This document shows positions 8,914 through 18,404 of a DNA stretch of 64,000 bases, one piece after another. Origin of the DNA: Planctomycetota bacterium. GTDB lineage: Bacteria > Planctomycetota > JAJSAM01 > JAJVHW01. The position numbers and the translations under genes were made by a program. The stretch is taken from the NCBI GenBank assembly GCA_965248445.1, contig CBDFJG010000001.1, positions 192,001 through 256,000 of the forward strand, read 5' to 3'. The notes beneath the pieces are model-generated. The model searched no databases. It was not told where the DNA came from and saw only the letters and a program-made list of their open reading frames with translations. Numbering within the stretch: position 1 is the stretch's first letter; the number at the start of each line of letters is the position of its first letter.

Positions 8914-9834
8914 ATGTCCATCACACCCCAGGTCCGCGAAATCCTCTCGTGGTACCCCGCGGACAACGCGGGCACGAAGTCCAACATCGCCCGGCTGCTG
9001 ATGACCGGACGCCTGGCCGGCACGGGCAAGCTCGTGATCCTGCCGGTCGACCAGGGCTGCGAGCACGGCCCGGACCGCTCGTTCCTGCCGAACCCCGCGG
9101 GCTACGACCCCACGTATCACCCCGACCTCGCGGTGGAGGCCGGGTGCAACGGTTACGCGGCTCCGCTCGGCGCGATCGAGGCGGCAGCGGACCGCTACCC
9201 CGGTGTGCTCCCGCTCATCCTCAAGGCGAACAACAGCGACGGCATGGGTGGGCCCGGCGACCCCTGGCCGGCGGTCACGGGATCCGTCGAGGACGCCGTG
9301 CGGCTCGGCTGCTCAGGGATCGGGTTCACGATCTACCCGGGGTCGGACTACCGCAACGACATGTACGGCGAGATCCGTGAGATGGCCGCCGACGCCAAGG
9401 CGCACGGTCTCGCCGTCGTCATCTGGTCGTATCCGCGCGGGAGCGGGCTGGACAAGAAGGCGGAGACGGCCGTCGACGTGATTTCGTACGCCGCGCACAT
9501 GGCCTGCCAGCTCGGCGCTCACCTCGTGAAGGTCAAGCCGCCGACGGATCACGTGAACCAGGACCAGTGCCGGAAGCTCTACGAGGAGCACGGCGTCGAA
9601 CTGGACACGCTCGAGAAGCGCATCCGTCACGTCGTCCGGGCCACGTTCGGCGGGCGGCGCATCGTGATCTTCTCCGGCGGCGCCGCGAAGGGCCGCGACG
9701 CGGTCCTCGAGGAGATCCGCCAGATCAACGCCGGCGGCGGCTTCGGGTCGATCGTCGGTCGCAACTCGTTCCAGCGTACGAAGGAGGATGGCGTCGCCCT
9801 CCTGAACGAGATCATGGACATCTACTCCGGCTGA
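8914..9834 (+). CDS. fbaB: Class I fructose-bisphosphate aldolase
   Basis: ILPVDQGCEHGP, WSYPRG, AHLVKVK (Schiff-base Lys), SGG, SIVGRNSFQR. Confidence 0.92.
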   Translation: MSITPQVREILSWYPADNAGTKSNIARLLMTGRLAGTGKLVILPVDQGCEHGPDRSFLPNPAGYDPTYHPDLAVEAGCNGYAAPLGAIEAAADRYPGVLPLILKANNSDGMGGPGDPWPAVTGSVEDAVRLGCSGIGFTIYPGSDYRNDMYGEIREMAADAKAHGLAVVIWSYPRGSGLDKKAETAVDVISYAAHMACQLGAHLVKVKPPTDHVNQDQCRKLYEEHGVELDTLEKRIRHVVRATFGGRRIVIFSGGAAKGRDAVLEEIRQINAGGGFGSIVGRNSFQRTKEDGVALLNEIMDIYSG

Positions 9835-9973
9835 ACCGAGTTCCTGATCTCTGTCGCGGTCGAGCGGCGCGGAACCCTGACAAGCACTGCTTTTCCCCTT
9901 CGCTTTCTCCGAGGCAGTCCTGCGAGCCGCGTAGCATGTGCGACCCGATCGGAACCCCCTGGGAGCTCACCAG

Positions 9974-11791
9974 ATGACCGCCGAGACCTCCGCCCCCGCG
10001 GCCGTGCGCACGCTCGTGAACGACTTCACGATCAACGTCGCGACCGTCAACGGCACCGGGAGCCAGACCGCCAACAACACGCTCATCCGCGCGATCATGC
10101 GCATGGGCATTCCGGTCAGCGGGAAGAACCTGTTCCCGTCCAACATCCAGGGGCTTCCGACGTGGTACGTCATCCGCGTCTCCGAGGCTGGGTGGCTCGC
10201 TCCGACCCCCACCATGGAGGTCGTGATCTGCATGAACCGGACGACCGCGCGGGACGACGTCATGAAGGCGCCGCCCGGAGCGTGGGTGATCTACGACGCG
10301 CCGTTCAAGCTCGACACGCTGCGCGACGACGTGCGCTTCTTCCCTGTGCCGTTCTCCGGCGTCGTGAAGGCCGTCGCACCTCCGAAGCTGTGGCGGCTCG
10401 TGCAGAACATGGTCTACGTCGGTGTCGCCGCGCAACTGCTCGGAATCGACCTCGTTCGGATCGACGCGTCGCTCGACAAGTTCTTCGCCAAGAAGCCCAA
10501 GGCCGCCGAGGTCAACAAGGCCGCCGTCCGCGCGGGGATCGCGTACTCCGAAGAGCACTTCGGGGACACGCCGCCGGCGTACCGCGTCGAGCCGCGCAAC
10601 CTGACGGACGGCAAGGTACTCATCGACGGCAACTCGGCAGCCGGGCTCGGCGCGCTGATGGCGGGCTGCACGGTGCTGACGTGGTACCCGATCACGCCGT
10701 CGTCGTCGCTGGCCGAGGCGTTCGAGGAGTACTGCAACCAGTATCGTCACGGAGAGGACGGCCAGGCCCGCTACGCGATCCTCCAGGCGGAGGACGAACT
10801 CGCCGCAATCGGCATGGTGATCGGCGCGGGCTGGGCCGGAGCGCGCGCGATGACGACGACGTCCGGTCCGGGCATCTCGCTGATGAGCGAGTTCATCGGG
10901 CTCTCGTACTACGCCGAGATCCCCGCAGTCATCGCGAACGTGCAGCGCGTCGGACCCTCCACCGGACTGCCGACCCGCACCGCGCAGGGTGACATTCTGT
11001 TCTGCGCATACAACTCGCACGGCGACACCAAGCACCCGCTCGTCCTTCCCGCGTCGCCGCAGGAAGCGTACGAGTTCATGATGGCGGCGTTCGACATCGC
11101 CGAGCGCTTCCAGACGGTGTGCTTCTTCGTCTCCGACCTCGATCTCGGGATGAACAACTGGCTGGCGGACCCGTTCCCCTACCCGACCGCCGACCTCGAC
11201 CGGGGGAAGGTCCTCTCGAACGAGAAACTCGCCGAGATCGGGCTCGAGAACTGGGGCCGCTACAAGGACCTCGACGGCGACGGGGTCCCGTGGCGTTCGC
11301 TACCGGGACAGGAGCTCGACGGCGCGGCGTTCTTCACGCGCGGGAGCGGCCACAACGCCTACGCCCGCTACACGGAGAGCGGCGAGGCGTACGTCGAGAA
11401 CGTCGACCGACTGAGCCGCAAGTTCGACTCGATGCGCAGTTACATGCCGGCTCCGATCGAGGACCCGGCGCCGGACGGCAGCAAGGTCGGTGTCATCGCC
11501 TACGGCACGACCCACTGGGCGATCCTCGAGGCGCGGGTCGAACTGTTCGAGCAGCACGGTGTGCGCTTCGACTACATGCGCCTCTGCGCCTACCCGTTCG
11601 CCGACTCCGTGCGGACGTTCATCGAAGCCCATGATGTCGTGTACGTCATCGAGCAGAACCGCGACGCCCAGATGCTCACCCTGATCCGTAACGACATGCC
11701 GGATCTCACCGGCAAGACCCGCAGCGTCGTCAACTACGACGGCATGCCCATCTACGCACGTGCCGTCGTCGACGGACTTCTCGCGGACTAG
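9974..11791 (+). CDS. korA: 2-oxoacid:acceptor (ferredoxin) oxidoreductase alpha subunit (gamma-alpha fusion)
   Basis: FPSNIQG, WYPITPSS, QAEDELAA, TSGPG, QRVGPSTGLPT; 2-oxoacid specificity not determinable. Confidence 0.9.
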   Translation: MTAETSAPAAVRTLVNDFTINVATVNGTGSQTANNTLIRAIMRMGIPVSGKNLFPSNIQGLPTWYVIRVSEAGWLAPTPTMEVVICMNRTTARDDVMKAPPGAWVIYDAPFKLDTLRDDVRFFPVPFSGVVKAVAPPKLWRLVQNMVYVGVAAQLLGIDLVRIDASLDKFFAKKPKAAEVNKAAVRAGIAYSEEHFGDTPPAYRVEPRNLTDGKVLIDGNSAAGLGALMAGCTVLTWYPITPSSSLAEAFEEYCNQYRHGEDGQARYAILQAEDELAAIGMVIGAGWAGARAMTTTSGPGISLMSEFIGLSYYAEIPAVIANVQRVGPSTGLPTRTAQGDILFCAYNSHGDTKHPLVLPASPQEAYEFMMAAFDIAERFQTVCFFVSDLDLGMNNWLADPFPYPTADLDRGKVLSNEKLAEIGLENWGRYKDLDGDGVPWRSLPGQELDGAAFFTRGSGHNAYARYTESGEAYVENVDRLSRKFDSMRSYMPAPIEDPAPDGSKVGVIAYGTTHWAILEARVELFEQHGVRFDYMRLCAYPFADSVRTFIEAHDVVYVIEQNRDAQMLTLIRNDMPDLTGKTRSVVNYDGMPIYARAVVDGLLAD

Positions 11792-11807
11792 TCGAAAGGA
11801 AGCCCTC

Positions 11808-12887
11808 ATGGCCGAACTTCCGAAGCTGCCAGGTGCTCCGAGTCTCCCCGGCGGCGGAAAGCCGAAGGGTCCGGCCAAGAACCGGCTCGGGATGGTGCAG
11901 AACGAATACAAGGGCACGGATTCGACGCTCTGCAAGGGCTGTGGACACGACGCCATCACGGCGGCCATCGTCCGCGCGTTGTGGGAGAACGCCGAGAACC
12001 CGTTGAAGGTCGCCAAGATGAGCGGCATCGGTTGCTCGTCGAAGACGACGGCGTACTTCCTCTCGCGATCCTGGGGCTTCAACTCGGTACATGGCCGCAT
12101 GCCGTCGGTCACCACCGGCGCCATGCTCGGCAACCGCACGCTGCTGGCGGTCGGGGTCTCCGGCGACGGCGACTCGGCGTCCATCGGCATGGGCCAGTTC
12201 GTGCACGTGATGCGCCGCAACCTCCCGATGACCTACATCGTCGAGAACAACGGCGTGTACGGGCTCACCAAGGGCCAGTTCAGCGCCACGGCGGACCACG
12301 GCGCGAAGTCGAAGTACGGAGAATCGAACGAGTTCGAGGCGATCGACCTCTGCGGACTCGCTCTCGAGCTCGGCGCCACGTTCGTCGCCCGCAGCTACTC
12401 CGCCGACCGAAAGCAGCTGATCCCAATCCTGCGGGCGGCTCTCGACCACCACGGCACCGCCCTGGTGGACGTCATCTCACCATGCGTCACGTTCAACAAC
12501 CACGCCGGCTCCACCAAGTCGTACGACTGGGGCAAGGAGCACGAGGAGCCGATCCACGAGATCGGATACGTGAACGACTGGGACCTGGGCACAGTCGAGT
12601 ACGAGGAGGGTGGATCGATCCGGGTCGACATGCCCGACGGCGGCGAGTTGCAGCTCACCAAGCTGGCCCGCGACCACGATCCGCGCAATCTGCAGGCGGC
12701 AAAGGCGTTGCTGGCCGAGTCGAAGGGCCGCGGGGAGTTCCTCACGGGGATCTTCTACATCGACGAGTCGAAACCCAATCTGCTCGAGAACCTGAAGATG
12801 GTCGAACGGCCCCTCTGCGAGCTGGGCGCGGCCGACCTCCGCCCCAGCGAAGACGCCCTCCACGAGATCATGGAGTCGTTCCGGTAG
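11808..12887 (+). CDS. korB: 2-oxoacid:ferredoxin oxidoreductase beta subunit
   Basis: CKGCGHD, SGIGCSS, HGR, GDGD...NNGVYGLTKGQ (TPP-binding), SPCVTFN. Confidence 0.9.
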   Translation: MAELPKLPGAPSLPGGGKPKGPAKNRLGMVQNEYKGTDSTLCKGCGHDAITAAIVRALWENAENPLKVAKMSGIGCSSKTTAYFLSRSWGFNSVHGRMPSVTTGAMLGNRTLLAVGVSGDGDSASIGMGQFVHVMRRNLPMTYIVENNGVYGLTKGQFSATADHGAKSKYGESNEFEAIDLCGLALELGATFVARSYSADRKQLIPILRAALDHHGTALVDVISPCVTFNNHAGSTKSYDWGKEHEEPIHEIGYVNDWDLGTVEYEEGGSIRVDMPDGGELQLTKLARDHDPRNLQAAKALLAESKGRGEFLTGIFYIDESKPNLLENLKMVERPLCELGAADLRPSEDALHEIMESFR

Positions 12888-12930
12888 GGGCGCGCGCTGC
12901 GCGCTCCGCTACCGGAACGAACGTCTGCGT

Positions 12931-13426
12931 CACGCGGATCGCTCAAGCGATCCGCGCGCCGCGACCCGCGTGCCTGGCGGCACGGTGTTGTCTCCCTCCT
13001 ACGCGGTCTCCGACGGCTACGGAGGGCTGCGGTCACGGCGCTCGCTACGCGACCCCCGCGCCCTCGCAGTCCGCTACATCGAGAGAGACGTCGCTGTAGG
13101 GGCGGGGCGCTGCCCCGCCCGCGAATGGGCCGGGTCGTTTCACCCTCGCGGGAAACGGTGCCCCGCAACTCGCAGAGCGCGCTCGGTCTCGTCAGTTCGA
13201 CTCCGCCGGTGTACTCCGCGCGCGATGCATGCGCGGGCGCAGCGGCCCGCCGGTACTTGGTGTTACGCGGCGATGCTGCGGATCGGGAGGGCGTGGGGGT
13301 TGCAACGCAATACCCATGACCGACCTCCTCCGTAGCGTCCGGAGGACGCGTAGGAGGGACACGATTCGTGCCGTCAGGCACGCAGGTCGTGGCACGCTGA
13401 TCGCGGAGCGATCAGCGTGCCACGAC
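12931..13426. repeat. REP/REPIN-like intergenic element: ~150-nt imperfect inverted repeat pair with internal hairpins
   Basis: 12931-13081 is an imperfect reverse complement of 13271-13426; core TCCCTCCTACGCG...GCTACGGAGG; GTAGGGGCGGGGCGCTGCCCCGCCCG palindrome at 13096-13121; 19-bp stem at 13386-13426. Confidence 0.75.
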
Positions 13427-13443
13427 AATCAGGCCTACGTCGC

Positions 13444-14736
13444 TCAGCGCGCGTCGATCGGTTCGACCGATCGATCGCGCTCGCCGACGTAGACCTGTCT
13501 GGGCCTCGCGATCTTCTGCTCCTTGTCGCCCATCATCTCGTTCCACTGCGCGACCCAGCCCGGCGTGCGGCCGATGGCGAAGAGCACCGTGAAGTACGCC
13601 GGATCGAAGCCGAGCGACTGGTAGATGAGGCCGGAGTAGAAGTCGACGTTCGGGTACAGGTTGCGCGCCTTGAAGTACTCCTCGGCGAGCGCGATGCGCT
13701 CGAGCTCGACGGCCACGTCGAGGAGCGGGTTGCGCCCTGTCTTCGCGAAGACCTCGTGCGCGATGCCCCCGATGATGCGGGCCCGGGGGTCGTAGCTCTT
13801 GTAGACGCGGTGCCCGAAGCCCATCAGCTTGGCTTCCTTGTCCCGCACGCGCTGCATGTACGCGGGGATGCCGGTCGCATCACCGATCTCGGCCAGCATG
13901 CGCAGGACCGCCTCGTTCGCCCCGCCGTGCAGGGGTCCCGAGAGCGATGCGACGGCGGCGGCCGCCGCCGCGTAGGGAGTGGCCTCAGCGCTGCCGACCA
14001 CGCGCATCGTGCTCGTCGAGCAGTTCTGCTCGTGGTCACCGTGCAGGATGAACAGAACGTCGAGCGCGTGCGCGAGAACGGGGTCCGGATCGACGTCGCC
14101 GTCCTCGGACCCGACCATGCGTAGGAAGTCGGCTGCGTAACCGAGCTCCGGCCGCGCGGCAATGGGCTGCCAGCCCTGCCGGTACCGCCAGACCGCGGCG
14201 GCCAGCAACGGCATCTGCGCGATCAGCTTCCGCGTGCGCATCGAGCGCGCTTCGGGATCGCGAACACGTGTTGCGTCGACATCGTGCGCACCGAGGGCGA
14301 CCAGGACTCCCATCAGCATGCTCATGGGATGCGCGTCGCGCGGGAAGCCGTCGAGCGTGCGCTCGAGACCCGAGGGCAGTGAACCGTACGAGGCGAGTTC
14401 GCTGCCGAACGCATCGAGCTGCGCGCGATTCGGCAGATCGCCCTCGAGCAATGCGTAGCACACCTCGACGAACGAAGTGCCCTCGGCCAGCTGCTCGATC
14501 GGATAGCCGCGGTACTGCAGGACGCCGCGGGCGCCGTCGATGTACGTGATCCGGCTGGTGCAGCACGCGGTGTTCTTGAATGCCGGGTCGTACGACATCA
14601 TCCCGAACTCGTCTTCGGTGACCTTCACCTCGCGCAGCCCCATGGCGGGCACGGTCGAGTTCGTGATCGGAAGCGCGTACTCACGGCCGGTGCGGCCGTC
14701 GCGGATCGTGAGGTTGTCCTGGCTGTCGTTGGGCAT
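13444..14736 (-). CDS. gltA: Citrate synthase
   Basis: YDPAFKNTA, LQYRGYPIEQLA, LHGDHEQNCST, GPLHGGAN, MGFGHRVYK, PNVDFYSG. Confidence 0.95.
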   Translation of the reverse strand: MPNDSQDNLTIRDGRTGREYALPITNSTVPAMGLREVKVTEDEFGMMSYDPAFKNTACCTSRITYIDGARGVLQYRGYPIEQLAEGTSFVEVCYALLEGDLPNRAQLDAFGSELASYGSLPSGLERTLDGFPRDAHPMSMLMGVLVALGAHDVDATRVRDPEARSMRTRKLIAQMPLLAAAVWRYRQGWQPIAARPELGYAADFLRMVGSEDGDVDPDPVLAHALDVLFILHGDHEQNCSTSTMRVVGSAEATPYAAAAAAVASLSGPLHGGANEAVLRMLAEIGDATGIPAYMQRVRDKEAKLMGFGHRVYKSYDPRARIIGGIAHEVFAKTGRNPLLDVAVELERIALAEEYFKARNLYPNVDFYSGLIYQSLGFDPAYFTVLFAIGRTPGWVAQWNEMMGDKEQKIARPRQVYVGERDRSVEPIDAR

Positions 14737-14974
14737 ACCGGAGGTCCGTTGCTTGTTCCGGACCACCGAGCACTGCAGCGAGCCGGGCATTGCAGGGGGC
14801 GGCGGTCCTGTGGTGGTCGGCAGCGGCGCTTCGCCGAAGCACGCCCAGAGATCTGACGGGCGGGTTCGGCGAGAGTTCCGTTGCCTCGATGTGGAACCGC
14901 TCAGTCTACTTGGGGCTTGCGGGGCGGCGCCGAGGATCCGGAGCCGGACAGGTGGGCCGAGGGTGACGAGAACC

Positions 14975-15850
14975 ATGCAGACAGCGGTTGACAGCCAGAC
15001 GAGCGAGGCCCGCCGGGGCCGGAACTTCGGTTTGCCTGCGCTCGGCGTGTCCGTGGGACTGCGGCGGCCGCACGTGGATCAGATCGTGGCGGAGCGCCCC
15101 GACCTGCCGTTCTTCGAGTTCGTGCCCGAGAACTACATGGACCGTGGTGGTCGCTCGCGGCGCACGCTGCTCTCGGTCGCCGCCCACTACAGCATGGTCA
15201 GCCACGGCGTCGGTCTCGGGATCGGCTCTGTGGACCCGCTCGACTGGGAGTACCTGCGCCGGCTCAAGCAGGTCGTGCAAGACGCGGGCGCCCTGTGGGC
15301 GAGCGACCACCTGTGCTGGAACCGCGCCGACGGCCGGTCGTCGAACGACCTGCTGCCGCTCCCGATGACCGGCGAAGCGGTGCGCCACACGGCCGCGCGT
15401 ATCCGTACGGTTGCAGAGTTCCTCGAGGTGCCGTTCCTGATCGAGAACATCAGCACGTACACGGTGCTGCCGGGCGCCGAGATGAGCGAGGCCGAGTTCA
15501 CCACCGCCGTGCTCGAGGAGGCCGATTGCGGCCTCCTGCTCGACGTCAACAACGTCTACGTGAACTCCCGAAACAACGGCATCGACCCGCACGCCTTCCT
15601 GCGCGGCATCCCCGCGCACCGCATCGGGCAGATGCACATGGCCGGCCACGACGACCAGGGCGACGTCTGCGTCGACTCGCACGGCGCGCCGGTGCGCGAC
15701 GAGGTCTGGGCGCTGTTCCGCGAGGCGCTGGCGATCTCCGGCCCGACCAGCGTGCTCATCGAGTGGGACACCAACATCCCGACGCTGGAGAGGCTCCTCG
15801 AAGAGCGCGCCACCGCACAGCGGATCTACAACGAGGTCGTGTCGTCGTGA
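14975..15850 (+). CDS. DUF692 family multinuclear non-heme iron oxidative enzyme (MNIO)
   Basis: GLRRPH, EFVPENY, HGVGLGIGS, SDHLCW, DLLPLP, LIENIS, LLLDVNNVYVN, HMAGH, DSHG, IEWD. Confidence 0.92.
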   Translation: MQTAVDSQTSEARRGRNFGLPALGVSVGLRRPHVDQIVAERPDLPFFEFVPENYMDRGGRSRRTLLSVAAHYSMVSHGVGLGIGSVDPLDWEYLRRLKQVVQDAGALWASDHLCWNRADGRSSNDLLPLPMTGEAVRHTAARIRTVAEFLEVPFLIENISTYTVLPGAEMSEAEFTTAVLEEADCGLLLDVNNVYVNSRNNGIDPHAFLRGIPAHRIGQMHMAGHDDQGDVCVDSHGAPVRDEVWALFREALAISGPTSVLIEWDTNIPTLERLLEERATAQRIYNEVVSS

Positions 15851-16710
15851 GCGAGCCCCCGGCTTCGCTCGCGGACACGCTCTCACGGTTCGCGGATCGC
15901 CTGTTCCACACCGGCGGCGCGGACCCGGGCGACGACGCAATCCACGTCCCCCCGGAGCGCATGCAGGTCTACCGGCAGCTCCTGTTCGGCAACTACAAGT
16001 CGATGCTGCGCTTCGCGTACACGGCGACCTTCCGCATCGTCGCGCTCGAGGCGAAGAGCAACCCCGTCCCGCCCGGCCTGCCCGCTTCGGTGGGAGAGGC
16101 GGTCGACGTCTACCTGTCCACCCAGCCACCCGCGGGACACAGCACGCGCCTGATCGCGGACACGTTCCGGCCGATCTTCGAGGCGCGCTACCCCGTCCTC
16201 TTCGCCCGCTGGCCGCAACTCGCATCGCTGATGGATGTCGAGCGCGCGGAGCTCCACGCGAACTACCACTGGGACGATCCGGGCCGCGGGCCGGAGGACG
16301 ATGAGTTGCCCGCGATGGCGGCCGAGTCGGTCGCAGAGTTCCTCGCGCGCGAGGTGGTGCGTGCGCCCTCGTCTTCGACTCTCCGGCTCGATCAGCCAGG
16401 TGCCACGCTCCACCACCGCGTGATGCACCGAGACTTCCCAGAGCCGGACGCACTGACGGGCCCCGAGTTCGTGCTGGCGTCGCGTCACCCCGACCGGCTC
16501 GAAGCCGTCATCCAGGTCGTGCCCGAGGAAACGCTCCTCCTGCACGAGCTGGCGATGCCCGGCACACCCGTTCGCATCGAGGCGCTCGCGGTTCGGTGGA
16601 TGGAGTCGCTTCCGTCCCGACTCGCATCGGCAGACGACGCGACGAAGCTCTCGAAGTTCGGCCAGGGCGTGTTCGCGGGCCTGTCGGCCGGGGCGCTGCG
16701 GTTCGCATGA
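15847..16710 (+). CDS. DUF2063-like MNIO partner protein (putative RiPP recognition/DNA-binding domain)
   Basis: GTGA overlap with DUF692; ERMQVYRQLLFGNY..L...Y N-terminal pattern; LASLMDVERAEL; typical genomic position. Confidence 0.72.
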   Translation: MSEPPASLADTLSRFADRLFHTGGADPGDDAIHVPPERMQVYRQLLFGNYKSMLRFAYTATFRIVALEAKSNPVPPGLPASVGEAVDVYLSTQPPAGHSTRLIADTFRPIFEARYPVLFARWPQLASLMDVERAELHANYHWDDPGRGPEDDELPAMAAESVAEFLAREVVRAPSSSTLRLDQPGATLHHRVMHRDFPEPDALTGPEFVLASRHPDRLEAVIQVVPEETLLLHELAMPGTPVRIEALAVRWMESLPSRLASADDATKLSKFGQGVFAGLSAGALRFA

Positions 16711-17189
16711 GCGGAATCTCGGTCCGTCGCGCGGGTCCCGATGACGCAGAGTCGGTGTACGCCTTCGTGTGCGCGCTCGCGCACTACGAACGCGAGCCGG
16801 ACGCCGTCGAGGCGACGCCGGAGACGTATCGCACGCAACTCGCGTCGGACACACCGCCGTTCGAGTGCCTCCTGGCCGAGGAGGCCGGTAGCCCTCGCGG
16901 GTTCGCCCTGTTCTTCACGACGTACTCCACCTGGCGCGGCAAGCCGGGCATCTGGCTCGACGACCTATTCGTGCCCGAGGAGCACCGCGGCCGTGGAATC
17001 GGCAAGGCGCTGTTCGCGGCGGTCGGCCGCATCGCCGTCGAACGGAACGCCGGCCGCCTCGAGTGGTCCGTGCTCGACTGGAACGAGCCGGCCATCGGCT
17101 TCTACCGTGCGCTCGGCGCCGAGCAGATGGACGAGTGGACGACCCACCGCCTGACCGGCGATCACCTTCGTCGCCTCGGCGGTTCGTAG
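16707..17189 (+). CDS. GNAT family N-acetyltransferase (diamine acetyltransferase-like)
   Basis: LAHYE, YSTWRGKPGIWLDDLFVPEEHRGRGIGKAL, VLDWNEPAIGFY; ATGA overlap. Confidence 0.9.
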   Translation: MSGISVRRAGPDDAESVYAFVCALAHYEREPDAVEATPETYRTQLASDTPPFECLLAEEAGSPRGFALFFTTYSTWRGKPGIWLDDLFVPEEHRGRGIGKALFAAVGRIAVERNAGRLEWSVLDWNEPAIGFYRALGAEQMDEWTTHRLTGDHLRRLGGS

Positions 17190-17200
17190 CGGGTCAGCGG

Positions 17201-17788
17201 CTACTCGGCCGCGTCGTCGTCGGGCGTCTCGGGAGTCTCCGGCGGCGCGGGATGCTGTTGCGGCAACGCGATGCGGCCGAGCATCTCACGCGGATCGGGC
17301 ATGGTGAGTTCCTCGATCTGCGCGGGCGACAACGCGATGTCGCCCAGCTCCTCGGGCAGGCAGACCTCTCCCATGGTCGGGGGGAGTTCCGGCGTCTCGA
17401 CGCTCGGGGTGGGCGTTTCGCCGCCACCGGACTCGATGCCTCCGGCCTCGACGGCGCCCTGAGTGCAGGCCATGAGGCCGAACGGAGCGAGCGTCGCGGC
17501 GATCAGCGCGGCCACGCGGCCCAGCCGGCGGCGGGTGCTGCGCACCGGACCGCAGTCCTTCGTCAGGACCGTGCCGTCGGCGCGACGGACCATGCGGCCG
17601 CACAGACGGCCCTCGGTGTTGGCGACAAGGTCGCCGACCTCGCCGCTGGTCATCTGCGAGAAGTCGAAGACGTTCAGGCGGCACTCGCCGCACCAGCGCT
17701 TCGCCCCCTGGCCTTCGAGTTCGTCCCACTTCATGGGACAGGGAGTGCCGACACGCAGGCTCTGCACGAGATCGTTTTTCTCAGTCAC
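17201..17788 (-). CDS. Uncharacterised protein: Cys-rich N-terminal domain, internal hydrophobic/lipobox-like segment, Pro/Glu-rich tail
   Basis: RBS CAGGAG before GTG 17788; PCPMKW...RWCGEC...RLCGR...KDC; RRRLGRVAALIAATLAPFGLMAC. Confidence 0.8.
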   Translation of the reverse strand: MTEKNDLVQSLRVGTPCPMKWDELEGQGAKRWCGECRLNVFDFSQMTSGEVGDLVANTEGRLCGRMVRRADGTVLTKDCGPVRSTRRRLGRVAALIAATLAPFGLMACTQGAVEAGGIESGGGETPTPSVETPELPPTMGEVCLPEELGDIALSPAQIEELTMPDPREMLGRIALPQQHPAPPETPETPDDDAAE

Positions 17789-17969
17789 GGGGTTCTCCTG
17801 TCGGCTTCCTTCCGCGGTCTTGGACGCAGAGGGGGGTGCGGAGTTCGCGGATTCTCGGTCCGAGGCGCCCGCGAGCGCTCCCTGAGCCTGGATCGGGAGA
17901 CTGGGTCGTGCGCATGAGCCGGGACTTCGCAGTAGCCTCACCCGCGATGGGAACGAGGAGAGAACACGG

Positions 17970-18404
17970 GTGAGCGGCGACAACGGAGTGCCGGTGCCGG
18001 CGAGCGCCATCGGGATGCACGAGGGCGCACTGCCAGACGCCCGCGTCGTCCGCGCGTCGCTGCGAGCTCACTGGCCGTCGATCCGTCTCGGCGAGCGGCG
18101 GCCCCTGCAGGATCTCACCGCCGAGCGTTCGCTCGTGTTCCTGGACGGTCCCGACCGCGTGGGAGCGGCCCACTTCCCGTGGACCCTGAGCGTTCCCGGT
18201 GTCGCGATGCCCGAGCACGCGTCGCACATCTGGCTGTCGGTGCGCAACTACGACCGGGAGCGCCGCACCGAAGCCCTACGCCTGCTGGCTCGTGCGACGA
18301 CGGCGATGATCCGCGCGACGCGCGGCGACTTCGTGTGGTGGAGCGTCGGCGACAAGATCATGGCGCCCGCGGTCTTCGCCGCGTCGACCGAGCGCGAGGC
18401 ATGA
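17970..18404 (+). CDS. Hypothetical protein
   Basis: GAGGAG upstream; stop overlaps the HAD gene ATG (ATGA); no recognisable motif. Confidence 0.5.
   Translation: MSGDNGVPVPASAIGMHEGALPDARVVRASLRAHWPSIRLGERRPLQDLTAERSLVFLDGPDRVGAAHFPWTLSVPGVAMPEHASHIWLSVRNYDRERRTEALRLLARATTAMIRATRGDFVWWSVGDKIMAPAVFAASTEREA

Noticed and set aside
14889..14966. 25-codon ORF MWNRSVYLGLAGRRRGSGAGQVGRG upstream of the MNIO as a precursor peptide
   Set aside because: No Cys, no signal peptide and no clear RBS; insufficient support.
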